Assembly: GCA_041686485.1 (NCBI GenBank)
Contig: JAWLDT010000002.1
Location: 22,492-86,491, forward strand
Length of the DNA: 64,000 nt
Direction of reading: 5' to 3'
Source: Bacteroidales bacterium
GTDB lineage: Bacteria > Bacteroidota > Bacteroidia > Bacteroidales > UBA7960
The notes under the pieces are model-generated. The model saw nothing but the letters and a program-made list of their open reading frames with translations, was not told the origin of the DNA and searched no databases. Below are positions 51,939 to 61,096 of this stretch, piece after piece (within the stretch, counting starts at the first letter, position 1; the number at the start of each line of letters is the position of its first letter). A program made the translations under genes and the position numbers.

Positions 51939-52925
51939 ATGGACCAATATCTTCTCCGGGCAGAACATATTACCAAGGAATATGCCAATCACAGGGCATT
52001 AGACCAGGTGAGTATGCACGTTCCCAGACAAAGCATTTTTGGTCTGCTGGGTCCCAACGGGGCTGGCAAAACAACACTTATCCGAATCATTAATCAGATT
52101 AACGCCCCCGATAATGGGCAGATCTATTTTGACAACACTCCGTTAAAGCCCCGCCATGTATACCAGATAGGCTACCTGCCCGAAGAACGGGGGCTATACA
52201 AAAAAATGGAACTTGGCGAACAGGCAATATACCTGGCACGCCTCAAAGGGATTAAAAGAACCGAAGCGCGAAAAATGCTTCAAAGCTGGTTCGGGAAATT
52301 CGATCTGTTGCCATGGTGGGACAAAAAGGTCGAAGAGCTGTCAAAAGGCATGCAGCAAAAGGTCCAATTTATCATCACAGTACTCCACAAACCCAACCTG
52401 TTAATCTTTGATGAGCCTTTCAGCGGTTTTGACCCGATCAATGTCAACCTCCTCAAGGAAGAGATCCTGAAAATTCGCAACGAAGGGGCAACCATCATAT
52501 TTTCAACCCATAATATGGCTTCGGTAGAAGAACTCTGCGACCATATGGCCCTCATCAATAAGTCACGTAAGATATTGGAAGGCAATGTGCAACAGGTAAA
52601 AAGAGATCATGCCAGCCATGTTTATGAAACAACGGTTGCCGATCTGAACCGGTCACCTGAAACAATCCTTGATCAGCGCTTTGAGCTGATCAGCAATCAG
52701 CAACAGGAAAACACCACCACGCTCCGCATCAAAATCCGGGGGGCAGCAACGACCAATGATCTCATGAACCAATTGCTGACTGAAGGCAGAATACTGTCTT
52801 TCAAAGAGTTGACCCCAACAATGAATGATATCTTCATTAAAAATGTGACTGGAAAATTCCCGATGGAGGGGAACGGAGAACCTGTCATGACAAATGGCTT
52901 AGATGCAGACTACCAATCATACTGA
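51939..52925 (+). CDS. ABC transporter ATP-binding protein (ABC-2/NatA-like)
   Basis: Walker A GPNGAGKTT, signature LSKGMQQKV, Walker B LLIFDEP. Confidence 0.9.
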   Translation: MDQYLLRAEHITKEYANHRALDQVSMHVPRQSIFGLLGPNGAGKTTLIRIINQINAPDNGQIYFDNTPLKPRHVYQIGYLPEERGLYKKMELGEQAIYLARLKGIKRTEARKMLQSWFGKFDLLPWWDKKVEELSKGMQQKVQFIITVLHKPNLLIFDEPFSGFDPINVNLLKEEILKIRNEGATIIFSTHNMASVEELCDHMALINKSRKILEGNVQQVKRDHASHVYETTVADLNRSPETILDQRFELISNQQQENTTTLRIKIRGAATTNDLMNQLLTEGRILSFKELTPTMNDIFIKNVTGKFPMEGNGEPVMTNGLDADYQSY

Positions 52926-52930
52926 AAGCG

Positions 52931-54268
52931 ATGAGCAAGACCGCAACCATTGTAAGACGTGAATTCCTGAGCAGGGTCAAAAAAAAGACTTTCCTGGTAA
53001 TGACTTTGCTGGGGCCTGTTTTGATGGCTGCCATCATCATTGTTCCCGTGGTGGTTACCCAACTCTCCGACAGTGATTATGCCGTTGGCATTGTGGATGA
53101 CAGCAGTTTATTCGCAGACAGCTTTGATGATACGGACGAATTATCATTTACTCCTTTAGGTACCAGCATTGACCAGGCATTGAATCTCATGCATGAGGAT
53201 AGGTTTGACGCCATACTGCATGTTCCTGAATCCGCTTTTCAGGCTCCGGCAACCCTTCGCCTGTTCTCGGCAAGGGCGGTTAATCTCAATGCAAAAATAT
53301 ATATTGAAAATACCTTAAAGCATGAGTTTGAGAGCCTGAAACTGGGTAATGCAAACATCGATCCGGAGATACTGCGTTCCATCGAAACAAATATCAATAT
53401 AACAGCCTTACGTATAGAAGATGACGGGGAACTGATCACAGATTACCCGGAGATCAGTATGGGATTGGGCATTATCAGCGGCCTGTTAATCTATATTTTT
53501 ATATTTCTTTTCGGGTCACAGGTACTGCGGGGCGTTTTGGAGGAAAAAACCAGCCGGATTGTAGAGATCATTGTGTCTTCCGTTAAACCTTTCCAGCTGA
53601 TGATCGGCAAAATTGCCGGTGTGGGCCTTGTCGGTCTTACCCAGTTCCTGATATGGGTGGTGCTAACTTTCACCATTGTCGGAATTTTCCAGGTTGCCAT
53701 GCCTGAGATGTTTCAGTTTACCTCCCCGGAGAATGCCTATGTTTCGGGAGGCCAGGTATTGAACATAGAAGAGATAGCTTCACAACAGGAGCTTCTGCAA
53801 GAACAAAACAACAGAGCCAGTCAATTTCTGGAAGGCTTGGCAGCTATTAATTTCCCGGTCATGATCACATCCTTCATCTTCTTTTTCCTGGGAGGCTACC
53901 TGCTCTATGCAGCTCTTTTTGCAGCTATCGGCTCTGCCGTTGACAATGAAGCCGACACCCAACAGTTCATGCTTCCGGTAACAGTTCCGCTAATCCTGGC
54001 GCTGGTTATGAGCCAGATGGTGATCAATAATCCGGACGGACCGGTCGCCTTCTGGTTGTCAATCATTCCCTTAACCTCCCCTATCGTGATGATGGTACGA
54101 ATCCCTTTTGGCGTTCCTTTTTTCGACCTGGCACTCTCGGTGGGCTTACTTATCCTGGGTTTCCTGGCCACAACCTGGCTGGCCGCACGCATTTACCGAA
54201 CAGGTATTCTCATGTACGGCAAGAAGGTGAACTACAAGGAACTCTGGAAATGGATACGCCATCCATAA
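52931..54268 (+). CDS. ABC-2 family transporter permease (NatB-like) with large extracytoplasmic loop
   Basis: TM1 LVMTLLGPVLMAAIIIVPVVV, a soluble loop of about 150 aa, then 5-6 TM segments. Confidence 0.85.
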   Translation: MSKTATIVRREFLSRVKKKTFLVMTLLGPVLMAAIIIVPVVVTQLSDSDYAVGIVDDSSLFADSFDDTDELSFTPLGTSIDQALNLMHEDRFDAILHVPESAFQAPATLRLFSARAVNLNAKIYIENTLKHEFESLKLGNANIDPEILRSIETNINITALRIEDDGELITDYPEISMGLGIISGLLIYIFIFLFGSQVLRGVLEEKTSRIVEIIVSSVKPFQLMIGKIAGVGLVGLTQFLIWVVLTFTIVGIFQVAMPEMFQFTSPENAYVSGGQVLNIEEIASQQELLQEQNNRASQFLEGLAAINFPVMITSFIFFFLGGYLLYAALFAAIGSAVDNEADTQQFMLPVTVPLILALVMSQMVINNPDGPVAFWLSIIPLTSPIVMMVRIPFGVPFFDLALSVGLLILGFLATTWLAARIYRTGILMYGKKVNYKELWKWIRHP

Positions 54269-54321
54269 TCCAAAACTGTCTGTAACCTGTTTTTCTTATA
54301 TATTTGCCAAAAACGACCGCC

Positions 54322-55497
54322 ATGCCAAAAATTCTGGTTATAGATGATGAAAAGAGCATCCGCAGCACCCTGCAGGACATCCTCGCACACGAAAATTATG
54401 AAGTAACGCTCGCGGAAGACGGTCAGGAAGCCCTGGAAAAAGCCGATCAGCAAAAATTTGATGTTGTTCTTTGTGACGTAAAAATGCCGGGTTTGGATGG
54501 CCTCGAAGTACTTGACCGGTTTCGTGAAATAGATCCGGACGCCACATTTGTCATGATATCCGGACATGGCACCATCGACACAGCCGTTGAAGCCATCAAA
54601 AAAGGAGCTTTTGACTTCATTTCCAAACCCCTGGATCTGAATCGCCTGTTAATTACCATTCGGAATGCCATGGACAAAACCAGGCTTGTCAATGAAACCC
54701 GGGCATTAAAACGCAAGGTGAGCAAAACCTATGACATGGTTGGTGAATCAGAGCCTATCAGTCGCATCAAAGAGATGATAGAAAGGGTGGCAGCCACCGA
54801 TGCCAGGGTGTTTATTACCGGTGGGAGCGGAACAGGCAAAGAGTTGGTTGCCAGGTGGCTTCATGAGCTAAGCAATCGTGCAAAAGGTCCTTTCATCGAG
54901 GTGAACTGTGCGGCCATTCCTTCCGAACTAATTGAGAGTGAGCTTTTTGGTCATGAAAAAGGATCTTTCACCAGCGCCATCAAACAAAAGAAAGGGAACT
55001 TTGAACTTGCCGACGGTGGAACCATCTTTTTGGATGAGATCGGCGATATGAGCTTTGCCGCACAAGCAAAGGTGTTACGCACGCTGGAAGAGAAACAGAT
55101 CATCAGGGTAGGCGGAGAAAAAATGATACCGGTAGATGTACGGGTTATTGCTGCCACCAATAAAGATATCCAGAAAGAAATTAATGAAGGGAACTTCCGG
55201 GAAGACCTGTATCACCGCCTCAGTGTTATTCTGATCGATGTTCCTTCGCTGAATGAGCGATTGGACGATATCCCGCTGCTGGCAGAACATTTTCTGGAAG
55301 AAATACTAACAGAACAGAACATGCCTCCAAAACACTTTTCTCATGATGCCTTTGAAGCATTAAAGGAGATCAACTGGACCGGGAATGTCCGTGAATTAAG
55401 AAATGTGGTAGAAAGACTGGCTATCCTCTGCGACAGGGAGATCACCGGAAAAGATGTAAAAAAATATGCACAGCCGCTGAATGCAAAGAATCAATGA
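54322..55497 (+). CDS. sigma-54-dependent response regulator (receiver + AAA+), no recognisable C-terminal HTH
   Basis: MPKILVIDDE...DVVLCDVKMPGLDG receiver domain, Walker A GGSGTGKE, GHEKGSFTSA loop (GAFTGA variant), NVRELRNVVERL. The protein ends about 25 aa later. Confidence 0.85.
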   Translation: MPKILVIDDEKSIRSTLQDILAHENYEVTLAEDGQEALEKADQQKFDVVLCDVKMPGLDGLEVLDRFREIDPDATFVMISGHGTIDTAVEAIKKGAFDFISKPLDLNRLLITIRNAMDKTRLVNETRALKRKVSKTYDMVGESEPISRIKEMIERVAATDARVFITGGSGTGKELVARWLHELSNRAKGPFIEVNCAAIPSELIESELFGHEKGSFTSAIKQKKGNFELADGGTIFLDEIGDMSFAAQAKVLRTLEEKQIIRVGGEKMIPVDVRVIAATNKDIQKEINEGNFREDLYHRLSVILIDVPSLNERLDDIPLLAEHFLEEILTEQNMPPKHFSHDAFEALKEINWTGNVRELRNVVERLAILCDREITGKDVKKYAQPLNAKNQ

Positions 55498-55569
55498 TTC
55501 AAACTGGTCAGACCAACACAGTTTCTGAAACGGTAACAGCATATTTGAAGTAACCTTATTACTGATCCA

Positions 55570-55856
55570 TTAGCACAAGACCAATGTATTTGTAAGACCA
55601 TCCTGCCCCTCAGACTCACGGCTGATCTTTTCACGCCAGGCATAATATTCGCATATACCATGGTTTGCCTCGTCAAGCAAGACCAGCTTTCGGTCTTTGG
55701 CTATATTAAACAAAGTATCCAACTCCTTTGTTTCTTTTAAGGGTTTGGCCCTGGATTCTATATAAGACACAAGGTCTTCTTCACCAGTACTGGCTGCATC
55801 TGTAAAAAAGGGATACAAATTGTCGCTAATAAAAACAACGTTACCATCTTGATCAT
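55570..55856 (-). pseudogene. decayed N-terminal remnant of an exported erythromycin-esterase-family gene
   Basis: A signal peptide (MIKMVTLFLLATICIPF, ATG at 55856) is out of frame by one nt, at a T6 run (55803-55808), with an ORF encoding KLVLLDEANHGICEYYAWREKI (Ere-family LLGE-x-HG motif). The reading frame stops after about 80 aa. Confidence 0.55.
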
Positions 55857-55958
55857 AAAATATCCGTTTTCATTAAACAGGAATTCCCGGGAAATATATA
55901 GAAAATAAACAACGACATAACTGCATTTTACACACTTAAAAAACCCTTTGAGTGTACC

Positions 55959-55975
55959 TTGCCTATTGTAGGCAA
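55959..55975. repeat. perfect inverted repeat TTGCCTA-ttg-TAGGCAA
   Basis: Read directly from the sequence, 23 nt upstream of the -7 motif at 55998. Flanked by an ACCTTGC direct repeat. Confidence 0.6.
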
Positions 55976-55997
55976 CCTTGCATCAGTGCATTTTTCG

Positions 55998-56005
55998 TAT
56001 TTTTG
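55998..56005 (+). promoter_or_regulatory. -7 motif TATTTTTG
   Basis: TAnnTTTG 31 nt upstream of the ATG at 56036. Confidence 0.4.
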
Positions 56006-56035
56006 CCTTTTTTAAAACATTTATATACATCACAC

Positions 56036-57325
56036 ATGATAAAAAATACAGTTTTACCTGGTTTTCTGTTTGTATTATTATTTTTTACCGGACCTGGCAT
56101 AGCACATGCATTGACTGCCAACGAGGAAAATCAAAACGCCGATGATAACGGGCGTATTAATGTTTTCCTGGACGGGCAGCATTGGTGGCTGGACAAAGAC
56201 TTCATCCGCGAGGAGGTCACTATTGTAAATTATGTCCGGGACAAAGAAACTGCTGACGTTCATATTCTGATGAGCCGCCACAGAGCAGGAAGGGCGGGAA
56301 TCAATTATGTCCTGACTTTTATCGGCAGGCGTGCTTTTCAGGGGATGGAGCATGAACTGACTTACTGGGCGCCCGCGAGCAATACATCATACTGTACCAG
56401 GGAAGGTTATACGAACATGATCAAAGTCGGTTTGGTTAAATTCATTGCCCAGACCGACCTGGCTGACAGAATAATGGTAGACTTTGATTATGACAAGGAA
56501 GCCATCATTAAAGACCCTGATATAGAACCGGAAGTTGATCCATGGAATAACTGGGTGTTCGAGTTATATGGCGGTGCCAACCTTAGTAAAGAGGAGAAGC
56601 AAAGCTCCTGGTCATCACGTTTTGGGGTGTTTGCTGATCGTGTTACGAGAGACTGGAAAATCCGCTTCAGGCCTTACTTCAATTTCAGTGAAAGAACGTA
56701 TCTGACAGACGAAGACACTATTGTAAGCTCTTCACACCGCCACGGGCATCAATCATATGTTGTAAAAAGTATTAATGATCACTGGTCGCTTGGGGTTTTC
56801 AGCTCGAGTCGCTCGAGCACATTTCACAATATGAAATTCAATTTTGAAGTGAATCCGGCTTTAGAATATAGCATATTCCCTTACGAAGAAGCTACCCGCC
56901 GCTCAATCACATTTGCTTACCATATGGGATATGGATATCATAATTATATGGAAACCACCATTTTCGAAAAAGACGCTGAATTCTTGTGGAGCCAGTCTAT
57001 TGAAGCGGCCGCAAGGTTTCAGCAACCCTGGGGTAATTTGCGCGGAGGGATTAGCGGATCCCATTATTTTCATGATTTCTCATTTAACCGGGTTGAAGTT
57101 TTCGCCAACATCAACTTCCGGATCATACAGGGGCTGTCACTGAATGTGAACACCAATCTAAACCTGATCAATGACCTGATATCCATACCGGCAGGAGATC
57201 TGTCTGTGGAGGAGATTTTGCTTGAACAATCCCAACAGTCGACAACATACAGCCTTTCGGGAACAATCGGGCTAAGCTATACATTTGGCTCTGAGTACAG
57301 TGCCGCTTACAATCCAAGATTATAA
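56036..57325 (+). CDS. exported hypothetical protein, probable outer-membrane beta-barrel
   Basis: Signal peptide MIKNTVLPGFLFVLLFFTGPGIAHA starts at the ATG at 56036; the ORF-track start at 55952 is non-ATG. The C-terminal half has alternating hydrophobic strand patterns. Confidence 0.65.
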   Translation: MIKNTVLPGFLFVLLFFTGPGIAHALTANEENQNADDNGRINVFLDGQHWWLDKDFIREEVTIVNYVRDKETADVHILMSRHRAGRAGINYVLTFIGRRAFQGMEHELTYWAPASNTSYCTREGYTNMIKVGLVKFIAQTDLADRIMVDFDYDKEAIIKDPDIEPEVDPWNNWVFELYGGANLSKEEKQSSWSSRFGVFADRVTRDWKIRFRPYFNFSERTYLTDEDTIVSSSHRHGHQSYVVKSINDHWSLGVFSSSRSSTFHNMKFNFEVNPALEYSIFPYEEATRRSITFAYHMGYGYHNYMETTIFEKDAEFLWSQSIEAAARFQQPWGNLRGGISGSHYFHDFSFNRVEVFANINFRIIQGLSLNVNTNLNLINDLISIPAGDLSVEEILLEQSQQSTTYSLSGTIGLSYTFGSEYSAAYNPRL

Positions 57326-57356
57326 ACTCAATAGAACTCCCTCATTATTGTTCATT

Positions 57357-57388
57357 AAAAAAGGGCTACCTGTTTGGGCAGCCCTTTT
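57357..57388. terminator. bidirectional rho-independent terminator between convergent genes
   Basis: A6-GGGCTACC-tgtttg-GGCAGCCC-T4, with 7 of 8 stem positions paired. Confidence 0.65.
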
Positions 57389-57409
57389 ATGATGAACAAA
57401 GCAAAACGA

Positions 57410-60400
57410 CTACTTACTGTAGTCCATATTCGCATGGCGCTTATACATGTTGTGGCGCCATTTCGAATTTTCTTCAGCTTCCCTGAACAGTTCTTCTGCT
57501 TCTTTGGGAAATGCTTTTTGCAATGAGCTAAAGCGTACCTCTGATTGCAGGAAGTCCTGGAACTTGCTCCAGTCAGGCTCTTTGCTATCAAGCTGGAACG
57601 GATTCTTGCCTTCTTTTTCCAACAATGGGTTATAGCGAAAGAGGTGCCAGTAACCCGCTTCAACAGCATCCTTAATTTGCTGCTGTGTATGCCCCATACC
57701 TTTTCTGAGACCATGGTTTATACAGGGAGAATAGGCAATAATAATGCTTGGTCCCGGATAGGCCTCAGCTTCACGAACCGCTTTAAGGAACTGATTCTGG
57801 TTGGCGCCCATGGCAACCTGTGCCACATAAACGTATCCGTAGGTCATGGCCATCAATCCAAGGTCTTTCTTGCGGATGCGCTTTCCGGAAGCAGCAAACT
57901 TGGCGATCGCTCCCACAGGGGTAGCCTTGGAAGCCTGACCGCCCGTATTGGAATATACCTCCGTATCCATAACCAACAGGTTCACATCCTCACCGGTGGC
58001 AACCACATGGTCCAGACCACCAAATCCAATATCATAGGCCCAGCCATCGCCACCAAACATCCATACCGACTTTTTCACAAGATATTGTTTCAAATCAAGG
58101 ATTTCTTTAGCGATCGGGGACTTTTCTTTTTCCAGGCATTCAACCACTTTCTGGGAAGCCTCTTTCGACTTCATGGCGTCTTCCTTGGTATCAATCCATG
58201 CCTTAAAGGCATCGCGGGTCTCATCTTTGATATCACCATCCATGGCGGTTTCCATCAGTCGAAGGATCCTGCTGCGCATCTTGTTAATACCGGTAGCCAT
58301 ACCAAATCCGTATTCGGCATTGTCTTCAAAGAGGGAGTTGGCCCAGGCCGGTCCATGCCCGTCGCTATTCACCGTATAGGGTGTTGCCGGCGCCGAACCA
58401 CCATAGATAGAGGAACAGCCGGTTGCATTGGCGATCATCATGCGGTCGCCGAACAACTGTGTGATGAGCTTCACATAAGGTGTTTCTCCACAACCAGCAC
58501 AGGCACCGCTAAACTCAAACAGTGGCTGGGCAAACTGGCTGTTCTTCACTGACTGGTATTTATTTAAGATGGTGTCTTTATAAGTAACATTTTCAGTGAT
58601 CCAGTTCCAGTGCTCATCTTCCTTCATCTGATCAGCCAGGTCCTTCATCTCAAGTGCTTTCTCGGGTGCCGGGCAAATATTGACACAGCTGCCGCAACCC
58701 GTACAATCCAGCGGGCTAATCTGGATACGGTATTTATACCCGGCCAGTGATTTCCCTTTGGCATCTACCACATCCAGGCTTTCCGGAGCTTTTTTCATCT
58801 CATCTTCATCCAGCAGGAATGGACGGATTACTGAGTGCGGGCACACATAGGCACATTGGTTACACTGAATACAGTTTTTCTTAACCCATTCGGGTACATG
58901 CACAGCGATACCACGCTTTTCATAAGCGGTTGTTCCGGGTGGGAATGATCCATCTTCGCGGTTACGGAAGGCACTCACCGGCAGGTCATCACCCTTTTGG
59001 CTGTTTATCGGATATACAATATCGCGGATGAATTCGGGGACATCTTCGCGTACACTCAGAACCACCTCGGGTTTGGCTTTTTTCCAGTCATCAGGAATAT
59101 CAACCTTGACAACCTTACCACCTTCATCAACCGCTGCATTGTTCATGCGTACAATCTCCTCCCCTTTCTTGCCATATGTCTTTTGTATGGCATCTTTCAT
59201 TTCTTTTACGGCGTCTTTATACGGGATCACTTCAGCGACCTTGAAAAAGGCACTTTGCATGATGGTATTGGTGCGTCCGCCCAGACCGATACGTTCAGCG
59301 ATCTCGGTGGCATTGATAATATAAAACTGAATATCATTATCAGCCATATAGCGCTTCATATGGTCCGGTAAATGATTTTTGACCTCCTCTGCATCCCAGA
59401 TGGAGTTCAGCAGGAAAGTGCCACCTTTCTTCAACCCTTTCAGCATATCGTATTTTTGAAGATAGGCGGGCACATGACATGCAACAAAATCGGCGGCATT
59501 AATCAGGTAAGGCGAGCGGATGGGGCTGTCACCAAAACGCAGGTGCGAAACAGTGATACCACCAGACTTCTTACTATCATAGGCAAAGTAGCCCTGCGCA
59601 AATTTGTCGGTTGAATCACCAATAATCTTAATGGAGTTTTTGTTAGCGCCAACGGTGCCATCGGCTCCGATACCATAGAATTTGGCTGCATAATTATCTT
59701 TTGGCGAAACATCTATATTATCACCCAATGGGAGCGATGTAAAGGTAACATCGTCGACAATACCGATGGTGAAGCGGTTCTTGGGTTCTGCCTGTTTCAG
59801 GTTGTCGTACACAGAGATGATATTTCCCGGAACGGTATCTTTGGAGCTAAGGCCATAGCGACCTCCCACAATCAGGGGCGCATTTTCCTTACCGTAGAAA
59901 AGCTCACAAACATCAAGGTATAATGGTTCACCGTTGGCTCCGGGCTCTTTGGTACGGTCAAGAACAGCGATACGCTTAACGGTATCAGGAAGCACGTTAA
60001 AGAAGTACTTTGCGGAAAAAGGTCTGTACAGGTGTACGGTGATCAGTCCGACCTTTTCACCCTGGGCCATTTTGTAATCGACGGTTTCTTTAATGGTTTC
60101 GGTAATGGAGCCCATGGCCATAATAACGTGTTCCGCATCCGGGGCGCCATAATAGGTAAACGGGTGATATTCGCGACCGCAAATTTCGGAGATCTTTTGC
60201 ATATAATTTTCTACCAGGTCAGGGAGAGCCTCATAGAATGGGTTTATCGCTTCCCTTGTCTGGAAGTAAATATCAGGGTTCTGGGCCGTTCCGCGCGTGA
60301 CCGGGTTTTCCGGATTCATTGCCCGTAGGCGGAATTCCTGCAGCGCACCCATGTCGACAAGCTTAGCCAGTTCCTCCTGGTCAGCCGCTTCCACCTTTTG

Positions 60401-60946
60401 TATCTCATGAGACGTACGGAATCCGTCAAAGAAATGGAGGAAAGGCACCCTGGATTTAATGGCAGCAAGGTGTGCGACGGGTCCAAGATCCATGATCTGC
60501 TGGGCACTTCCGGTGGCCAGAAGGCCAAAACCGGTATGGCGGGTACTCATTACATCAGAATGGTCACCGAAGATAGACAGAGCCTGGGAAGCCAGACTAC
60601 GTGCTGACACATGCATGACGCCGGGTAGCAATTCGCCGGACATCTTATACATATTGGGTATCATCAGCAACAACCCCTGTGAGGCCGTATACGTACTTGC
60701 CAGCGCTCCCGACTGCAGTGCACCGTGCATCGAACCGGCAGCCCCCGCCTCTGATTGCATCTCAACGAGATCCACTTCTTCACCAAAAATATTTTTACGG
60801 CCGGCAGCAGCCCATTGATCAACATTTTCAGCCATATCCGAAGATGGTGTAATCGGATATATTGCCGCTACTTCACTAAACATATACGCTACATGTGAAG
60901 CCGCATGGTTACCATCACAGGTAATGAATTTTTTCTTCTTGGTCAT
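57410..60946 (-). CDS. nifJ: pyruvate:ferredoxin (flavodoxin) oxidoreductase, single-chain
   Basis: 1178 aa. Two 4Fe-4S ferredoxin motifs CIQCNQCAYVCP and CTGCGSCVNICP. TPP domain GGDGWAYDIGFGGLDH. Confidence 0.95.
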   Translation of the reverse strand: MTKKKKFITCDGNHAASHVAYMFSEVAAIYPITPSSDMAENVDQWAAAGRKNIFGEEVDLVEMQSEAGAAGSMHGALQSGALASTYTASQGLLLMIPNMYKMSGELLPGVMHVSARSLASQALSIFGDHSDVMSTRHTGFGLLATGSAQQIMDLGPVAHLAAIKSRVPFLHFFDGFRTSHEIQKVEAADQEELAKLVDMGALQEFRLRAMNPENPVTRGTAQNPDIYFQTREAINPFYEALPDLVENYMQKISEICGREYHPFTYYGAPDAEHVIMAMGSITETIKETVDYKMAQGEKVGLITVHLYRPFSAKYFFNVLPDTVKRIAVLDRTKEPGANGEPLYLDVCELFYGKENAPLIVGGRYGLSSKDTVPGNIISVYDNLKQAEPKNRFTIGIVDDVTFTSLPLGDNIDVSPKDNYAAKFYGIGADGTVGANKNSIKIIGDSTDKFAQGYFAYDSKKSGGITVSHLRFGDSPIRSPYLINAADFVACHVPAYLQKYDMLKGLKKGGTFLLNSIWDAEEVKNHLPDHMKRYMADNDIQFYIINATEIAERIGLGGRTNTIMQSAFFKVAEVIPYKDAVKEMKDAIQKTYGKKGEEIVRMNNAAVDEGGKVVKVDIPDDWKKAKPEVVLSVREDVPEFIRDIVYPINSQKGDDLPVSAFRNREDGSFPPGTTAYEKRGIAVHVPEWVKKNCIQCNQCAYVCPHSVIRPFLLDEDEMKKAPESLDVVDAKGKSLAGYKYRIQISPLDCTGCGSCVNICPAPEKALEMKDLADQMKEDEHWNWITENVTYKDTILNKYQSVKNSQFAQPLFEFSGACAGCGETPYVKLITQLFGDRMMIANATGCSSIYGGSAPATPYTVNSDGHGPAWANSLFEDNAEYGFGMATGINKMRSRILRLMETAMDGDIKDETRDAFKAWIDTKEDAMKSKEASQKVVECLEKEKSPIAKEILDLKQYLVKKSVWMFGGDGWAYDIGFGGLDHVVATGEDVNLLVMDTEVYSNTGGQASKATPVGAIAKFAASGKRIRKKDLGLMAMTYGYVYVAQVAMGANQNQFLKAVREAEAYPGPSIIIAYSPCINHGLRKGMGHTQQQIKDAVEAGYWHLFRYNPLLEKEGKNPFQLDSKEPDWSKFQDFLQSEVRFSSLQKAFPKEAEELFREAEENSKWRHNMYKRHANMDYSK

Positions 60947-61015
60947 AGCAATTCGTATTTATTTAAACTCAAAAATGACTTATTTTAAGATAGTTACACA
61001 TCTTTTCAATTCCCA

Positions 61016-61023
61016 CAAAATTA
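61016..61023 (-). promoter_or_regulatory. -7 motif TAATTTTG for the PFOR gene
   Basis: TAnnTTTG on the minus strand, 70 nt upstream of the ATG at 60946. Confidence 0.35.
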
Positions 61024-61096
61024 AGAAATATTCTGCAGTATCTATAGAAAAGCTATCTATTTATAACGATTATACGTAAATATTGATGCCGTGTTG

